64,000 bases of DNA, taken from contig NC_045696.1 of assembly GCF_009834535.1 (NCBI RefSeq), forward strand, positions 2,420,001 to 2,484,000. The letters are read 5' to 3'. A program made the translations under genes and the position numbers. The notes below the pieces were generated by a model. The model ran no database searches. It was not told the DNA's origin and was given only the letters and a program-made list of their open reading frames with translations. Shown here piece after piece: positions 47,301 to 60,019 of the stretch (its first letter is position 1; every line of letters begins with the position of its first letter). Source of the DNA: Camelus ferus (taxonomy: Eukaryota).

Positions 47301-49479
47301 CACAAGTTCTGCCTCACCTCCTGTGGATGCTGGTCTCCATCTCAAGTCAGCTTTCAAGGCCTGTGCTGCCACGGGTCAGGCCCAGGCGGGGCTCGGCGGG
47401 GAGCCCAGGACAGGGCAGAATCAGGGGCCCTCTTTCCCTGCTCTTCCCTCCCCAGGGTTTCTCCCACTGTCTTCAGCCCCCAGGAGCCGTTTCCCGCTCC
47501 CTCTGTCCGGCAAGGCGGGGCTGCCCTGGTGCTGCAGCCGCTCCGGCCTCCACCATGGGGAGTGTCTCCGCAGCAGCAGGTTCTCTCCTTCCCCAGGAGC
47601 CAGACGCCCTTGCTTGACAGTACAAAGTCATTTTACCTGGCGTAGCTGGTACAATGTTTCCAGGCCACTAAATTCAGGTGTGTAAGAGTTGTGGCTGTAT
47701 ATTTCAGAGGGTTGGTTTGACCTGTACTTGAAACCCTCCGTTCCTACTCATGGCAAGAAGTATAATCTTAATCGAATCAGAGGAAGCTATGCTGTTTGTA
47801 TTTTAAATGATTACATCCAGAACTTTCTCTTTCCCTGTCTTGTTGGTACAGAGGTAGAGATGATGGTCAGTGGGTGACTCTAGTGAGTTTCCAGGGCTGC
47901 CTGGAAATGGCTGTGGGAGGGGCCGCCATGTGTCACCCCCTTGACAACCAGCCCTGGCGGCAGCTCCGTGGGAGGGGCGGCAGCGTAGCTGGTGCAGTGC
48001 GGGCTCAACTCTGGATGCAAAGCTGCCCAGTGACCGCAGAAGCCATTGTACCGTCTGTGGGGTCTCTCTGACCCCCTCCCAAAGTGCCCTAGAGGATGGA
48101 GAGCTGTGGGGTGGCCAGCTGCAGCTGCTGGAGACAACCACGTGTGTCCACCTGTGGGCTGGGAGCTCAGGTCCTGTGGGCGTCCCCCTGCGGACCCCCG
48201 ACCCCACCGTAGGTTCCATCCTGCACTGTGGGATGGCCGTGGGGTTTGGCCAAGCCCATCATTTGGCCCAAATCTGAGGGAGAGCACTCCGGCAGTTACC
48301 AGTGGCCATCCCTGCCTGTGGTCTGCCTGTCCTGGCTGTCCTGGATTTGTGTATGTTTTGACATAAATCACTTAGTGATTCAGTAATTACATAACCACCC
48401 TCCATTCCTGCTCGGGTCCTCCCACACAGGGGGAGCTCCTGGAAGATGAATCATGTCCACGTGGTTTCCTGAACTGCCTGGCACATTGGGGTCCGTGTGG
48501 GGCTGGCCCCGGACCTGGGCCCAGGAGCACCATGCTCCAGGCAGCCCGTCTCTTGGGAGCTTTGAGGATGCTTTTGTCATTGTGGACACTGAGCAGATGT
48601 TGGGGGCTGGGGTGGGGCTTCAGAAGCTGAGCTCCAGGCAAGGATAAGAAGCAGACCCTGGGGTTTAACTCCGAAACCTATGAACCTGCAGTGCTCGCAG
48701 TGCTGTCTGAGCATCATTCTTCAGGGGGAGGGGGAGGTACAGACAGAAAAACGCCGAAAGGCTCCAAGAAGAACCAGGCAGCAAATCTGACACCGATACA
48801 GGGAGGTGGGTGGTTCATGGCAGGTGTGGCTGGAGGGCGATAAAGAGGGTCCTGGGTTCGGCCTGGGGAGGGAGGGGGCCCGGTGAGCCTGCGGGGGAGG
48901 GAGGCTCAGCGTGGCTGTGGCCCTTCGGGATGTCACTGGAGGACTGTTCTGCTGCTCAAGAAGGGTGGTGCAGGGTCCTTCCCTGACCTGCAGGCTCATT
49001 CTCCAGATGGCAGTGAGGACATGGCATCATGCGAACCTCAGAGGCCGTGGGGCCTTGATCCGGCGCAAAGCCTCACGCTTTCCTTTTGGCAGAGCAAAGC
49101 CCAGAGGAACACCGTGTCCTGCACAATGGGAGGAAAACCTGTTTCCTTTACTTTCCTCAGGGAAAAAAAACTAAAGTTCAGAACAAACGAACGACAAGGG
49201 AGCGCTCAGGTCTGTCTCCTGAACTCTGCAGGGGGCCGGTGTCACCCTGGGCTCAGGCCAGCCCCGCCCGCCCCCGCGCCCCCCCCCCCCCGCCTTGTCC
49301 GTCTGTCTGTCCGTCCGTCTGTCTGCAGTTCAGGGAGTGGGAGAGACCAGAGCGCGGGATGTCACCACTGTCCTCACGGGTCTGCAGTGTTTTAAACACT
49401 TGAAAAAGAATTGCTGGGAAACAAAATCTCAGAAAACCAAAAAAAATGCATTGCCTACATTTAAAAAGAGGAAATGTCA

Positions 49480-49580
49480 GCTAAGCAACAAGGCCTTGCT
49501 GTAGCGCACAGGGAACTACATTCATTGGCTTGTCGTGACCTGAAAGGAAAAAGAATATGTATATATTAAAAAAAAATAAT
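49480..49580 (+). mobile_element. Short L1 3' end fragment
   Basis: 'caacaaggccttgctgtagcgcacagggaactacattca...aaagaatatgtatatattaaaaaaaa'. Confidence 0.7.
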
Positions 49581-51219
49581 TACAAAGAGGAAACGTCACC
49601 TAAATATGCAGCTTCCCTGAAAACCAGGCTGCACAGGCCCACCTTCCCCGTGGTCCTGGTGTCCCTGGGTCACCTGGCCTCCGGTTCACCGCCGTCCCCA
49701 CCCTGCGCCACCCTTTCTCACGTCCCTTCCCACCCGGCCCCCACGGCCACTGACTTCTCACACTTCGCCCAGATGTCTCCAGATGTCCCGGCGAGTGGCT
49801 GATGGTCATGGCCACGGCCCCGGGCCTGAGTCCAGCCCAAGGAGAAAACCCTGCCGTGCCACGTGGTCCCCTGTGCGCACAGCTGCCGTGGGGTCCTGCG
49901 GATGCTGTCCACTCCAGCTTGATGTGGACACCCAGGGGCCAACACTGCTGTGTGGCCGGGGCGTTCCTGGAGCACATGCACCCGCCCAGGGGCACCCCAA
50001 TGCTCTCTCCTTCCGAGTCTGGCTGTTTTCAAATAATGTCCACTTACAGACGGCCCGGCCCCTGCTGCGGGACCCCCAGGAGCGTCACAGGGCAGATTCC
50101 CTGACGACCTCGTCTGATCATTGGCCTCGGTCATTACAAGTCCCTGGGGTGACCTGACCTTGGCTAAGCGTGGGAGCCCCAGGCACTCTGGGCCGTGTTC
50201 TTAATGCTGCCTTGGAGTTCCGGTTCACACGAGCCCGCGTGTTCACGCCGGCAGGAGTGTGCCAGGGCGTCTCGGCAGACGGGGACGGCTGGGGTGGAGG
50301 TGGGAGGGAGAAGCTGTTGAGGCCTCCCTGCACTGCCAGACCTGTCCAGCTGTCCCTGAGGTGACCACCCGTGTACTCATGGTCTGGGGACCAGAGCCCA
50401 CGAGTTCCCTTTGGGCCAGCCCCTCCGAGCCGAGTTCCTCCCACTCGTGAGCAGATGAGTCCTGCCGTCTGGTGCTGCTCTGCTGGCCTGACTGTCTGCT
50501 GGACACCCCTGCTCACGCGCCGGCACCCGCACCCCCAGCCTGGACCTTCCTCCCAACCCTGACTCCTGCACTCCCTCGTCCGACCTCACTTGTTGATTGA
50601 CCCTTTAACTGCACTCATGTCTTTGCCCACTCCCCCCCCGCCAAGTTCCAGGCACTGGGCTCAGTGAAGTCCAGAGGGGCCCGTCCTTGGGGAGCCTCCG
50701 TCTGGAGGAGACAGATGTGAAACAAACCGGGGGCTCGTGGGGGCGTCAGAGCTGGAGGAACACAGGCTCCTTCCACCTCAGGTTCCCGCTTCCATCTCCA
50801 GTCTGACCCTCTCTCCACATCCTCATCTCTCCGCCAGGCCTGGACCCAGAGGGGTCCCCCCGCCCCTCCACACACCCCTGGGCTCCCAGGCCTGAGGGGG
50901 CGGCCCTGCTGCCGAGCCTGGGGGAGTGCTCCACACCCGGCGAGGGCAGCCCCCCCCAGTCCACGGGGAAGCAGCTCTGTCCTTTCAGGCCGAGGGCCCT
51001 GGCACCACCACGCTGCTGCCATTTCAGTCGTTAACCAACTAGACCCACGAGGGTCAGCCTCCCCAGTCTTGCTCTCTCTGGGCGGCTGTCATCCAGCAGG
51101 GCTGGGGGCCAGGCTGGGGGCCAGGCTGCGTGGGCTTAGAGAGGAGGGGCCGATCCCAGCACCCAGAACCACTCACTTCTCACCTGCTTCCCCATGCACC
51201 ACATTCCGCACATGGCCCG

Positions 51220-51400
51220 TGCGCACACATGCACATGTACAGTGTACACATATGCACACAAGTGCACACATACACACATGCACGTATACACACGCACACA
51301 AGTACACAATGCACGTATGCACACATATAAGTGCACATGTACACACATGCACATATACACACGCACACATGTACACACAGGCACGCACACACACATACAC
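51220..51400. repeat. Degenerate (CA)-rich simple repeat
   Basis: gcacacatgcacatgtacagtgtacacatatgcacacaagtgcacacatacacac... Confidence 0.9.
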
Positions 51401-53510
51401 TCCAGCCCTCTCTCATGCCCCCTCCCCTGTGACTTTCCAGATTCCATCCACCTCTAAGGTCTCCACGATGCATTTCTGTTGAGAAGGGAGGGAGGGGGAG
51501 GTATGCAGGAGGAAGGACCAGTGGAAAGACGGTCAGATGGATGGGATGTGGCCCTGGGCTCCAGAGGCACTGACTGGCCAGGGCCTTTGGGGTGAGTGGA
51601 TCCCCAAGGATCCGTGGGGCCATCACAGGGAGGGGCTGTGGTCTGCAGAGACGTGCTTCGGCGTGACAGTTGGGGAAGGTGAAGGGATGCTGGTCTGGTG
51701 CAGCGATGAGCCAGGAAGGAAGCCCCCAGCCCTGGTCCCATGGAAGGGGGACCCCAGAAAGGAAGATGCAGGGGAAGTGGGGGGTGGGGCCAGTTAGAGC
51801 AGGAGATGCAGGGACACCAAGACCAGGGAAGGCCCTGCAGCCCCTGGTGATGCCCACGGGTTTCAGAAGGCGCAGGGAAGGTGAGGGGGCTGGGATGGGT
51901 TGGAGGTGGGCGTGGATTTGGCCCCCAGCGTGGGCTGAGAGAGGGGTGCCTGCGGAGCTGCAGGCTTCTCATTTGCTGCTGATGGCGGGAACAGGGTTGC
52001 AGGCCCACAGAGAAGGGTCTGCGGGTCTCAGGCAGGCCGGGGAGACGGGCTGTGAGTGAGTGAGTGTGAATGCATGTGATGTGGGGTGTGCGGGGGGGGG
52101 TGTGTGTGTGAGCGGATTGTAGGGGGCGCCCAGAGTCAGTTGCTCTCTCTGCTCCCGCAGATGCAGGCGCACAGGTCAGCCTGCTGCCAGGTTCAAGCCA
52201 AATATTGTTTTGAGAACTAAGGGGGAGAGCACTGGAACTCTAAAACTTTTAAAAAATTTTTAATGCAAGGGATTTAGCTAAGGAAAAACACGCTAGTAAC
52301 TTCAGGGGGCTGTCCCGAGGTCAGAACGCGGTCAGCATGTGTTTCTGGCCCTGAGCAATGAGAGCAGAGCTCTGGAATGTCCCGGACCCCCGACGCGTCA
52401 GCTGGACTTTTTGTTTTCTTCCTGAGCCAGCGAGCGGGCCTGGCAGATTTCAGGGAAGTGTTCAGCAGGGATGGAAACAAAAGGGCTGTGTTCTGACTCT
52501 GAGCCAGCCTGACGTCCCCTGGGCAGGCTGGCTGGGGCTGGTGGCGTCCCTGTAAGGTGAGGTCCCAGAGGGTCTGCTTGGGCTCCAGCGTCCGAGCAGG
52601 ACATGTTCCTCTGGGTTCCTGTAGCTCGTCGCCTGTGCCCTTGCCTGGAACGGGTTAGGTTAAACGCAACCCCAGACCTAGAGCTTGGTGGAGGTTCGGT
52701 GCCGGGCGTGCTGTGCTGCAGGCGGGGAGGGGCACAGTGACTTCTGACGACACTGCCCGGCCCCCTTCAGCCCCCCGTGCCTCCAGAGCTGTGCGCCAAG
52801 GCGCCAGAAGACGGTGGTTACAGAGGCGAGGCCACGCGTGGGCGCCAAGCAGCGCTCTTCGAGACTGTGGGCTTTTCCAAAGACTGAACGTGCACGGACT
52901 TTGTGATTTGTGACCTGAAATGACATAAAGAAAGTGCCCTTGAGTGAAATTCGTGATTCCTGGCATTCCTGAAATCTTTTTAGTGTTTAGTCCTGAAAGA
53001 GTGACGGCCGGGCCCCTGCAGCAGGGGGTGGGCGTGCCTGCTGTCTGAGCTGCCCGAGCAGCCGTGGGGGAAAAGGCAGAACTCTGCCTGTGGGAGGAGA
53101 CGTGACGGTGCGCTGGGGCTGCTCTGCTGTGGATGCTCCGCCTCCCCCGTGGTGTCCCTTGGGGGCCTGCTTGGATGTGGTGTCAGGGGCTCTAGTCCCC
53201 AACTCTCCGTTGGCGGGTGATTTCTAAGGAATGTGACCAGAAATGCAACCCTGGCATTTCTCTCCTGTTGTGATGCAGCACCTGGACCCCGGGCCCCGGC
53301 AGCTCCCGGGAAGACAGTCACTTGAGGAAGGACACCAGGGTGATGGTGGCGGCAGAGGGTCCGAGCTGGCTGGGGACCAGGAAGCTCACTGTGGCCCAGG
53401 CTGCTGGGGGGCGGGCGTGGAATTCACTCGGAACACAGAGTGAGGGCAGGGCCTTGGGTGTCGCTCCACCGTGTGAGTTCTCCAGGGTCTGGTCTCCAGG
53501 GTTTTGTGAT

Positions 53511-53867
53511 TGTTACGGGCTGAATATTTGTGTCCCTCAGATTCTTATGCTGAAACCCCAGTCCCGGATGTAGCGGCATTAGGGGGCGGGGCCTTTGCGA
53601 GGTGATGAGGGCGCGAGGATGGAGCCCCCATGAGTGAGCTCTGTGCCCTTACAAGAGGGGGTTCCAGAGACAGCGCGCTGTTCTCTCGCCGCCGTGTGAG
53701 GAGACAGCTGAAAGAAGCAGCTGTAGACACGCCAGCAAGAGGGCCGGCCCGACCCCAGGCCTGCCGGCCTCGGTGGGGGGCCTCCAGCCTCCAGAACTAT
53801 GAGACTCAGATGTCTGCGGTCTAAGCCCTCAGTGTCTCTGCCGTCGCAGCCAGCGCCGGTGGAGACG
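53511..53867 (+). mobile_element. MaLR solo LTR (MLT1A-like), GC-shifted
   Basis: Starts 'tgttacgggctgaatatttgtgtccc'; contains 'ggagcccccatga' and 'ccagcctccagaactatgaga'; collinear with the copy at 25289. Confidence 0.85.
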
Positions 53868-54436
53868 GTGGCATCCCGTGGTCAGCGATGCAGCGTGTGA
53901 GCACACGCCCCGGTACAGGTGTGCGCGTCCGGCTCTGCGTGTGGACCAGCTTGCTGACGTGTTATGTGTCCATACGACACAGGCGTCTGAGACACCTTAG
54001 GAGGATGAGGTACAAAGTCGACACCACGGAAGGGCTACTGGGCCCTCCTCCGGTGTCCCGGGGCGCACGCACCTCCTTTGTTGTTTCCACCCCGGTTTAG
54101 AGCTAGGGGCTGTAGAGAGTGTAGCCTCACAGTAAGGACGGGCTTGGTTTTTGCTGTTGTTAATTTTTTGTCACACTTTTTAAACTATTTATTTTGATTC
54201 TTTTCAGTCGCCCTTAGAGGGCGGAGCGTCACGGCCGGTCTTACTTGATCGGCCATCCCCTCCCCGGTGCCCCTCGCCCGTCCTCTCCGGGGCTCTTTTA
54301 CTGCAGTCCCTGGGCCTCGCCTCATCAGCAAGTTACTCTAACAGACAGCCCTACAGAATGCCTGCTTTTCAGAGCTGGTTTCTTTAAACACAAAGTCCAC
54401 AACCTGATAGGACTTTGAAGGCTCTTTTGAACTCTT

Positions 54437-54645
54437 AGTTTCTTTTTATTTACTTATTTTTATTGACTTATAGTCAGTTTTACAATGTGGTGTTAGTGTC
54501 TGGTGTGCAGCATAGTGGTTCGGTTACACATACGTATAGAAATATATTCCTTTTCAGATTCTTTTCTATTGCAGGTCATTACAAGGTATTGAATACAGTT
54601 CCCTGTGCTGCACGGCAGGACCTCGTTGTTTATTTTGTACATTCA
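54437..54645 (-). mobile_element. Cetartiodactyl-type L1 3' end
   Basis: T-rich tail plus 'tatagtcagttttacaatgtggtgttag...ttgaatacagttccctgtgct'. Confidence 0.85.
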
Positions 54646-56204
54646 CCTTTCAGTTTCTGCTCCCCCTCCCCCTCCGCCACCCCCATTTTCACTCACTGAT
54701 TGAAGACACCTGGTCCAGCGACTCTCCTGCGTTCTGGATTTGCCAGTCGTGCCCGGTAGTGGTCTTTACCCTGTTGCTCTGTCCCCGAGTCTCGTGTCAA
54801 CCAAAAGTGGAACCAGATTCCAGTGCGGCAGTGGTGCCCAGGACTGCAAGTTGCCTCCCGGGCCCCCCCCCCCCCACCGACCAGGAGACCCGCGGCGCTG
54901 GGTGGCCTCTGGAGCGCAGCTTGAGCAGTGACTCAGGCCCATCATCGCAAAGGTGTCCGTCACCCTCCTCCTCTGGCCTCAGCTGCCTTTGCCCCGTTAT
55001 CTTACTAGCCTTGTTAGCGTTACGTTAGTTTCAGGTGTACAACGTGGGGATTCAGTATTCGTGTCTGTCGTGAAAGGATCTGTCATCAGAGCTATCACGT
55101 CTCAGTCTTTTGCGCGGGCCAGGGGAAGAGACCAGCTCCATCTGGTGCCAGGACACGCCTTCCAGCCGGGTCACCAGGAGGCCGGCCCCTCAGGGCCTGC
55201 AGGGCGCGTGCCCTCCTCGGCCTGGCGCTGCCCTCACCAGTAGGACTGCGGCCAGGCCTTCACCTCCTCGGGGCACAGGCTGTACAGCAAGGGGCGGGGC
55301 TCGAGCCACTGACTCCCGAGGAACAGCAGTTGTCGGTAGGGGAGGGGGTGGTGCCCCCCCCCCAGACTGAGGAGGAAGCAAAGCAACGCCCTGAGGACCA
55401 CCCCCAGGGTACTTCTTCCCCCGTGAGAGGTCCCACCTCCCCCCACCCCGGGGCATGGAGAACACAGCCCTGCAGATGAATCTGCACGCACCCCCAACCA
55501 CCGCCACAGAGCCCAGGTGGAGCGAAGCTGGAGAGAGGAAAGCACTGGAGAGAAAGATTTAGGAATGTGGGGGTGCGTGCTGAGGAAAGTGACTTCACTC
55601 TGGACAATGGGCCTCGGGTGGGAAAGAGGCAGCAGTTACCGAGCCGAGGGATCGGGCTGCCAGAACACAGCTTTGCCCACGGCCCCACCTGCTCGAGGCC
55701 CTGAGGGCGCTGGCGAGGGGTGGGCACAGCTGCAGGGACGCGGCCCTGGCCTGGGGCTGGCCGGGTGGATGTGGCGCCTCGGCCTCAGAACTCAGGGTCC
55801 TTATCGGCTACCGATGACCTTGAGGGAGGGTGGCTGAGACTGCCCCACATCCCGCAGTAAAGAGGGCCCAGCCTCCGTCAGCGTCACCCATGCTCCCATA
55901 AATCATGCTCCTGGCCCCACAAAGCTAAGCGGTGATCTGTTAAAGCAAACATGAACCAGCAGGTCCTGGCCGGGCAGGCTGCCCTAGGACCGGCCTGCAG
56001 GCTCCGGACGCCTGCCTACCCGCTCAGGCAGGCACGCGTCGGGCTGCAGGCTGCTCCCGGGCCAGCCCTCTGCCGCAGGGCCCGACACCGTCTGGTGTGG
56101 GGCCATGTCTGTGGGGGCAGGGCGGGCCTCAGCGAGGCAGCTGGTAACCTACGGACAGTTGAATTTGTTCAGAATGGCCACATCTCAGCCTGATTCTCCT
56201 CCTC

Positions 56205-56650
56205 CTCCTTTTTAAATTAATAGACAACATTTAAAAGCAGTTTCCTATACAGAGAAACTGACAAAGTGCAGACTCCCACCCCCACCCCTACTGTTTACAC
56301 CCAGCTCCCCCACCCCTCCCCCACCATTTACATCTGGCGTGGGCACTGCCCTCATTATACGTGATGGCTCAGTATTGACACGTTGCTGTTAACCACAGCC
56401 CACACTTTACATCAGGGTTCGCTCTTTGGGGTACATGCTCTATGCACTGTGACAAATGTATGATGCCATGTGTGCCCCATTATATAACCATGCAGAACAG
56501 TTTTTCAGCCCTAAAATTTCCCTGGACCCCACCTATTTGTCCCTCCCCCAAGCCCTGGCAAGCACTGACCTTTTTACTGTCTTGCCCTTTCCGACCGTCA
56601 CGGAGTTGAAATCACCGACGTGTAGCTGGCCTGCTACATTTTACATGACA
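56205..56650 (-). mobile_element. Old L1 3'UTR fragment (L1MB/MC-like)
   Basis: 'tttacatcagggttcgctctttgg...gacaaatgtatga...ccctggcaagcactgacctttttactgtc'. Confidence 0.75.
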
Positions 56651-56871
56651 TAGTGCGGGGGAAAGTCTCGAGCCGGCCGAGGAGGCCACCCCTCGAGGCT
56701 CCTTCATTGTTTTCTTTCTTGTGCACGTGAATCTGTAGACTGCCCGGATTTTCCTCAGGTGGTGGGGCTGGTGTGTGGGATGGTTTACTTCTCAGGATTT
56801 GGGGAGAGTCAGGGCTGGAGAGGCCTGTCTCCTTCTCGGACAGATAAGGAAAGGGTGCAGGCGCCAGCTAG

Positions 56872-56938
56872 CAGCTTCTCCAGGACCCACAGCTTCTCCA
56901 GGACCCGCAGCTTCTCCAGCACCCGCAGCTTCTCCAGG
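56872..56938 (+). repeat. 18-bp minisatellite CAGCTTCTCCAG(G/C)ACCC(G/A), ~3.7 copies
   Basis: Units start at 56872, 56890, 56908 and 56926. Confidence 0.95.
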
Positions 56939-57074
56939 GCTGGCAGCAGAAATAACTCCCCCCCATGCGGGCAATGGGTTAGTCTGTTCTGGCCCAGCAG
57001 GGGAGGAGGCGGCTTTAATCTGAGGCCTCATCAGGACAATGTGCCAGAATACAGCACAGTTCCCCTCTGCACAG

Positions 57075-57215
57075 CCGTGCACGTGTGCATCGCCTGAGTG
57101 TGCGCCAGCTGATGTGTATGTGTGTGCTGTGTGAGCATGTGTCTCGGGTGAGTGAATTGCATGTGAGTTGCATGCATGTTGCATGAGTGTGTCTGGTGTG
57201 TTGCATGTATGTGGC
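57075..57215. repeat. Degenerate (TG)-rich simple repeat
   Basis: gtgtatgtgtgtgctgtgtgagcatgtg...ttgcatgcatgttgcatgagtgtg. Confidence 0.75.
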
Positions 57216-58386
57216 AGGTGGGGGCAACGTCTGGGCACTGGGAGGACAAGCCTGGCATCTTGGTGACTGATGGCCCAGGAAAGGAAGTGGTGACTCTGCA
57301 AAGGAGCAGCTGGAAGCAGACACAGGTGTGGAACCGAGGCTGTGGCTTACTCCTTCCTGAGTCTCTGCCTTCTACTGCCCCAGGCAGCGGGACGGAGGGT
57401 CCTTCTCGTCCTCTTCCCAGCCAGGGTGTGTGTGTTCGATCCTTGGTGCGCTGGTTCCTTGGTGCGCTGGTTCTCTCCACACCGGGGAACAGAGGCCACG
57501 TGGCTGGATGGGCAGGGCTGCCGGCCCAGAGCACAGCTGCAGTAGACGTGGCCGGACCAGGGCTTTCTGGGACCCAGCACGTTAGAATTGCTACCTGTGA
57601 TTCTCAGCTGAAGGCAGGACTGCTGATGAGGGCAGGACCACATCCGTGATGACAGAGAAGTTGCAGTGGAGCACAGCAGAGGGGGTCCACCCCTGCACCC
57701 CCACTTCTGCCTCCCCTGGCTCTGAGACATCTACTCCACCTTTGTGGAGACCAAGGGTTGGTTTCCCTAGGCTGCTCCTGCCCTGCCCCGGCGGGCCCAA
57801 GGCCCCTTGGCGCTTCCTGGTGGGCTCCAGGCCCTGTGCCTCCAGCCCGGGCTGTGGAGACGTGGGCACAGGCGAACGAGGAGCCACGCGCCTGGTGGGA
57901 GAAGCAGGAGCTGCTGAGACGGGGAGAGTGGACGCCTGCCTTCACTCCTCTGATGTCTCTGCTTGTCAGTCGAATGTATCAAGAGGCTGAGGTTTCCTCT
58001 GCGTCCCCGATTTTAAAGGAAGGAGAGGTCAGACCTACAGGCATCTCCTTCCAGCTCTAAGAAACTGCAGACTGCACGCTGGGTCACTGATGCACGGCCA
58101 GGAGTCTGGGTCTTCTCTGCCTCCCTCCCCCTGCCCACCCCACTTCTTCCGTCTCCCTCCTTCCTCCCCCTGCTCCCCTCTTCCCCTTCCCTCTTCACGC
58201 ATGTCTTCACAGGGGGCCTCCTGGGACTTGTCTCTGGGCCCGGTTCGCTGGGAGCTCCATGGGTGGCCAAAGAGCTGGTCCCTGCCTATGAAGACCTTCA
58301 GACTGAATTGAGACCCCACGTATCCGGAGAGCAAATGAATACTGGGCACTTGTGTGTGTCGGGCCTCTCCCGCCCGAGCTGAGGGT

Positions 58387-58490
58387 TGTGGTGATGGTGT
58401 CCTTGATGGTGGTGGTGGTGATGGTGGTGGAGGTTGAGGTGTTGGGGAGACGTTGGTGATGGTGGTGACGATGTAGGTGGTGCTGGTGAG
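58387..58490. repeat. (GGT/GAT)n degenerate trinucleotide repeat
   Basis: gtggtgatggtg...gatggtggtggtggtgatggtggtgg; this is the source of the spurious poly-His/Thr ORFs. Confidence 0.85.
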
Positions 58491-59507
58491 CCGTCCCCAA
58501 CAGGTGATGGTGGCAGCAGCACTGACAAAATGTTCGGGGGACCCGTTCTCCCCATCCAGGGAAGTGTCCTCTGGACGTCCTGCTGTGGACTCAGCTGGAC
58601 CAGCAAGCGCGACCTGCCTGGGGTCACCCAGCTAGGCTCCTGGGCACGTCTGCATGAGGACCCTGGTGTGGAGGAGGCGTGGCTGGAGATGCTGGAGGGC
58701 CCGCCTGTGCCCCGGATGGAGACTTCCTGGGGGCAGGAGTCGTGGGCCTCCCGGGACAGCCCCCTGGGCGAGGGCAGGAGGCCGCTGGGAGGAGGGGTTC
58801 TGCTTTGTTGGCCAAGTGCGTGGCTGCTGGTGGCTGGGCTGGCAGCACGGACTGTATGATGCATTGAACGCAGGCTGTCTCGGCACCAAGCCCTTTAAAA
58901 GCCATGAGCCCGGCAGAGGCGTCTTGTGGAGGCCGCCTAATGGGACCTTGGCCTTCAGTCCAGCAACGTGGCAGCCAAGGGTCTCCTGGTGGGGCTGGGA
59001 GCTCATGCTGTCACAGTTGGAGCCCTGGGTGGCTTCTGAGCGAAGGATGGCTAAGCCTGCAGGCAACCACTGAGGCTCTCAGGTCCCTAGAAGCTTCATC
59101 TCAGCCGGGACAAGGATTCAGGGCACAGGTGCTTTCTCAGAGTCTTGATTCCCGGGGACAGGGTGAGGGAGTGTCCAAGGGGACAGGGACAGAGGGAAGC
59201 CAGGAGGGGCAGGTGAGTTGGCAGCTGCAAAGGACCTGCAGCGTGAGGGCACTCTTCCTACGGCCACAGCCAGAATCTGGGTCCGCGCACAGGGAGCTGC
59301 TGCTGGGAGCTGCCGTCTTTAGGAGGAAGCTCCAGGGTGAGGTGCCCCTTCCTGGGGCGGCCACCCCTTCCCTCCTCTTGCTGCCAGTGCAGCACCAGGC
59401 AGGGGGTGCTGCGGCTGCAGGAGCCAGCCAGCTGTGGTGGCCCTGCCTGTGAGGAGCCCCTCCCAGGAAGCAGAGGGCAGCGGAAATCAGGAGACTTCAG
59501 TTGCAAT

Positions 59508-59990
59508 GCCTTGTCCTGTGCTGGCTTATGTCACTTAGCATGATGTCCTCCAGTTTCCTCCACGTTGTCACATACGGCAGGACTTCCTTCTTTTTACAGG
59601 CTGAGTAATGCTCCTTTGTATGTATTGACCGCATTTTCTTCATCTGCCCATCGTGGGTGGACACTTAGGCTGTTTTCCCTCCTTGGCTCTTGTGACTAGT
59701 GCTGCAAAGAAGAGGGGAGAGCAGATAACTCTTTGAGAGCCTGATTTCAATGCTTTTGGACAGATACCCGGAAGTGGGGCTGCTGGATAATTTAGTGGTC
59801 AAGTTTTAATTTTTTGAAGAACCTCCACACAGTTTTCCATAATGACATTTTGCATCTCCACCAGCTGCGCAGAGACAAGAATTCCATTTCTCCACACCCT
59901 CACCAACACTTGTCTTTTTGATGACAGCCATCCTGACAGGTGGGAGGGAGGTCATATCTCATTGTGGTTTTGATTTACACTTCCCTGACT
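59508..59990 (-). mobile_element. LINE-1 ORF2 end / 3'UTR (non-inverted part of a rearranged L1)
   Basis: 'ggcttatgtcacttagcatgatgtcctccag', 'ttttgaagaacctccacacagttttccataa', 'atctcattgtggttttgatt'. Confidence 0.9.
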
Positions 59991-60019
59991 TGTGTTTGAT
60001 TTGATTTGTATTTTCCCCA

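Noticed and set aside
51069..51482. His/Thr- and Cys/Val-rich ORFs
   Set aside because: They are translations of a (CA)n-like repeat.
56872..56938. CRISPR-like array
   Set aside because: Head-to-tail repeats without spacers, in eukaryotic DNA, with no cas genes.
58207..58864. Poly-His/Thr ORFs
   Set aside because: They are translations of the (GGT/GAT)n simple repeat.
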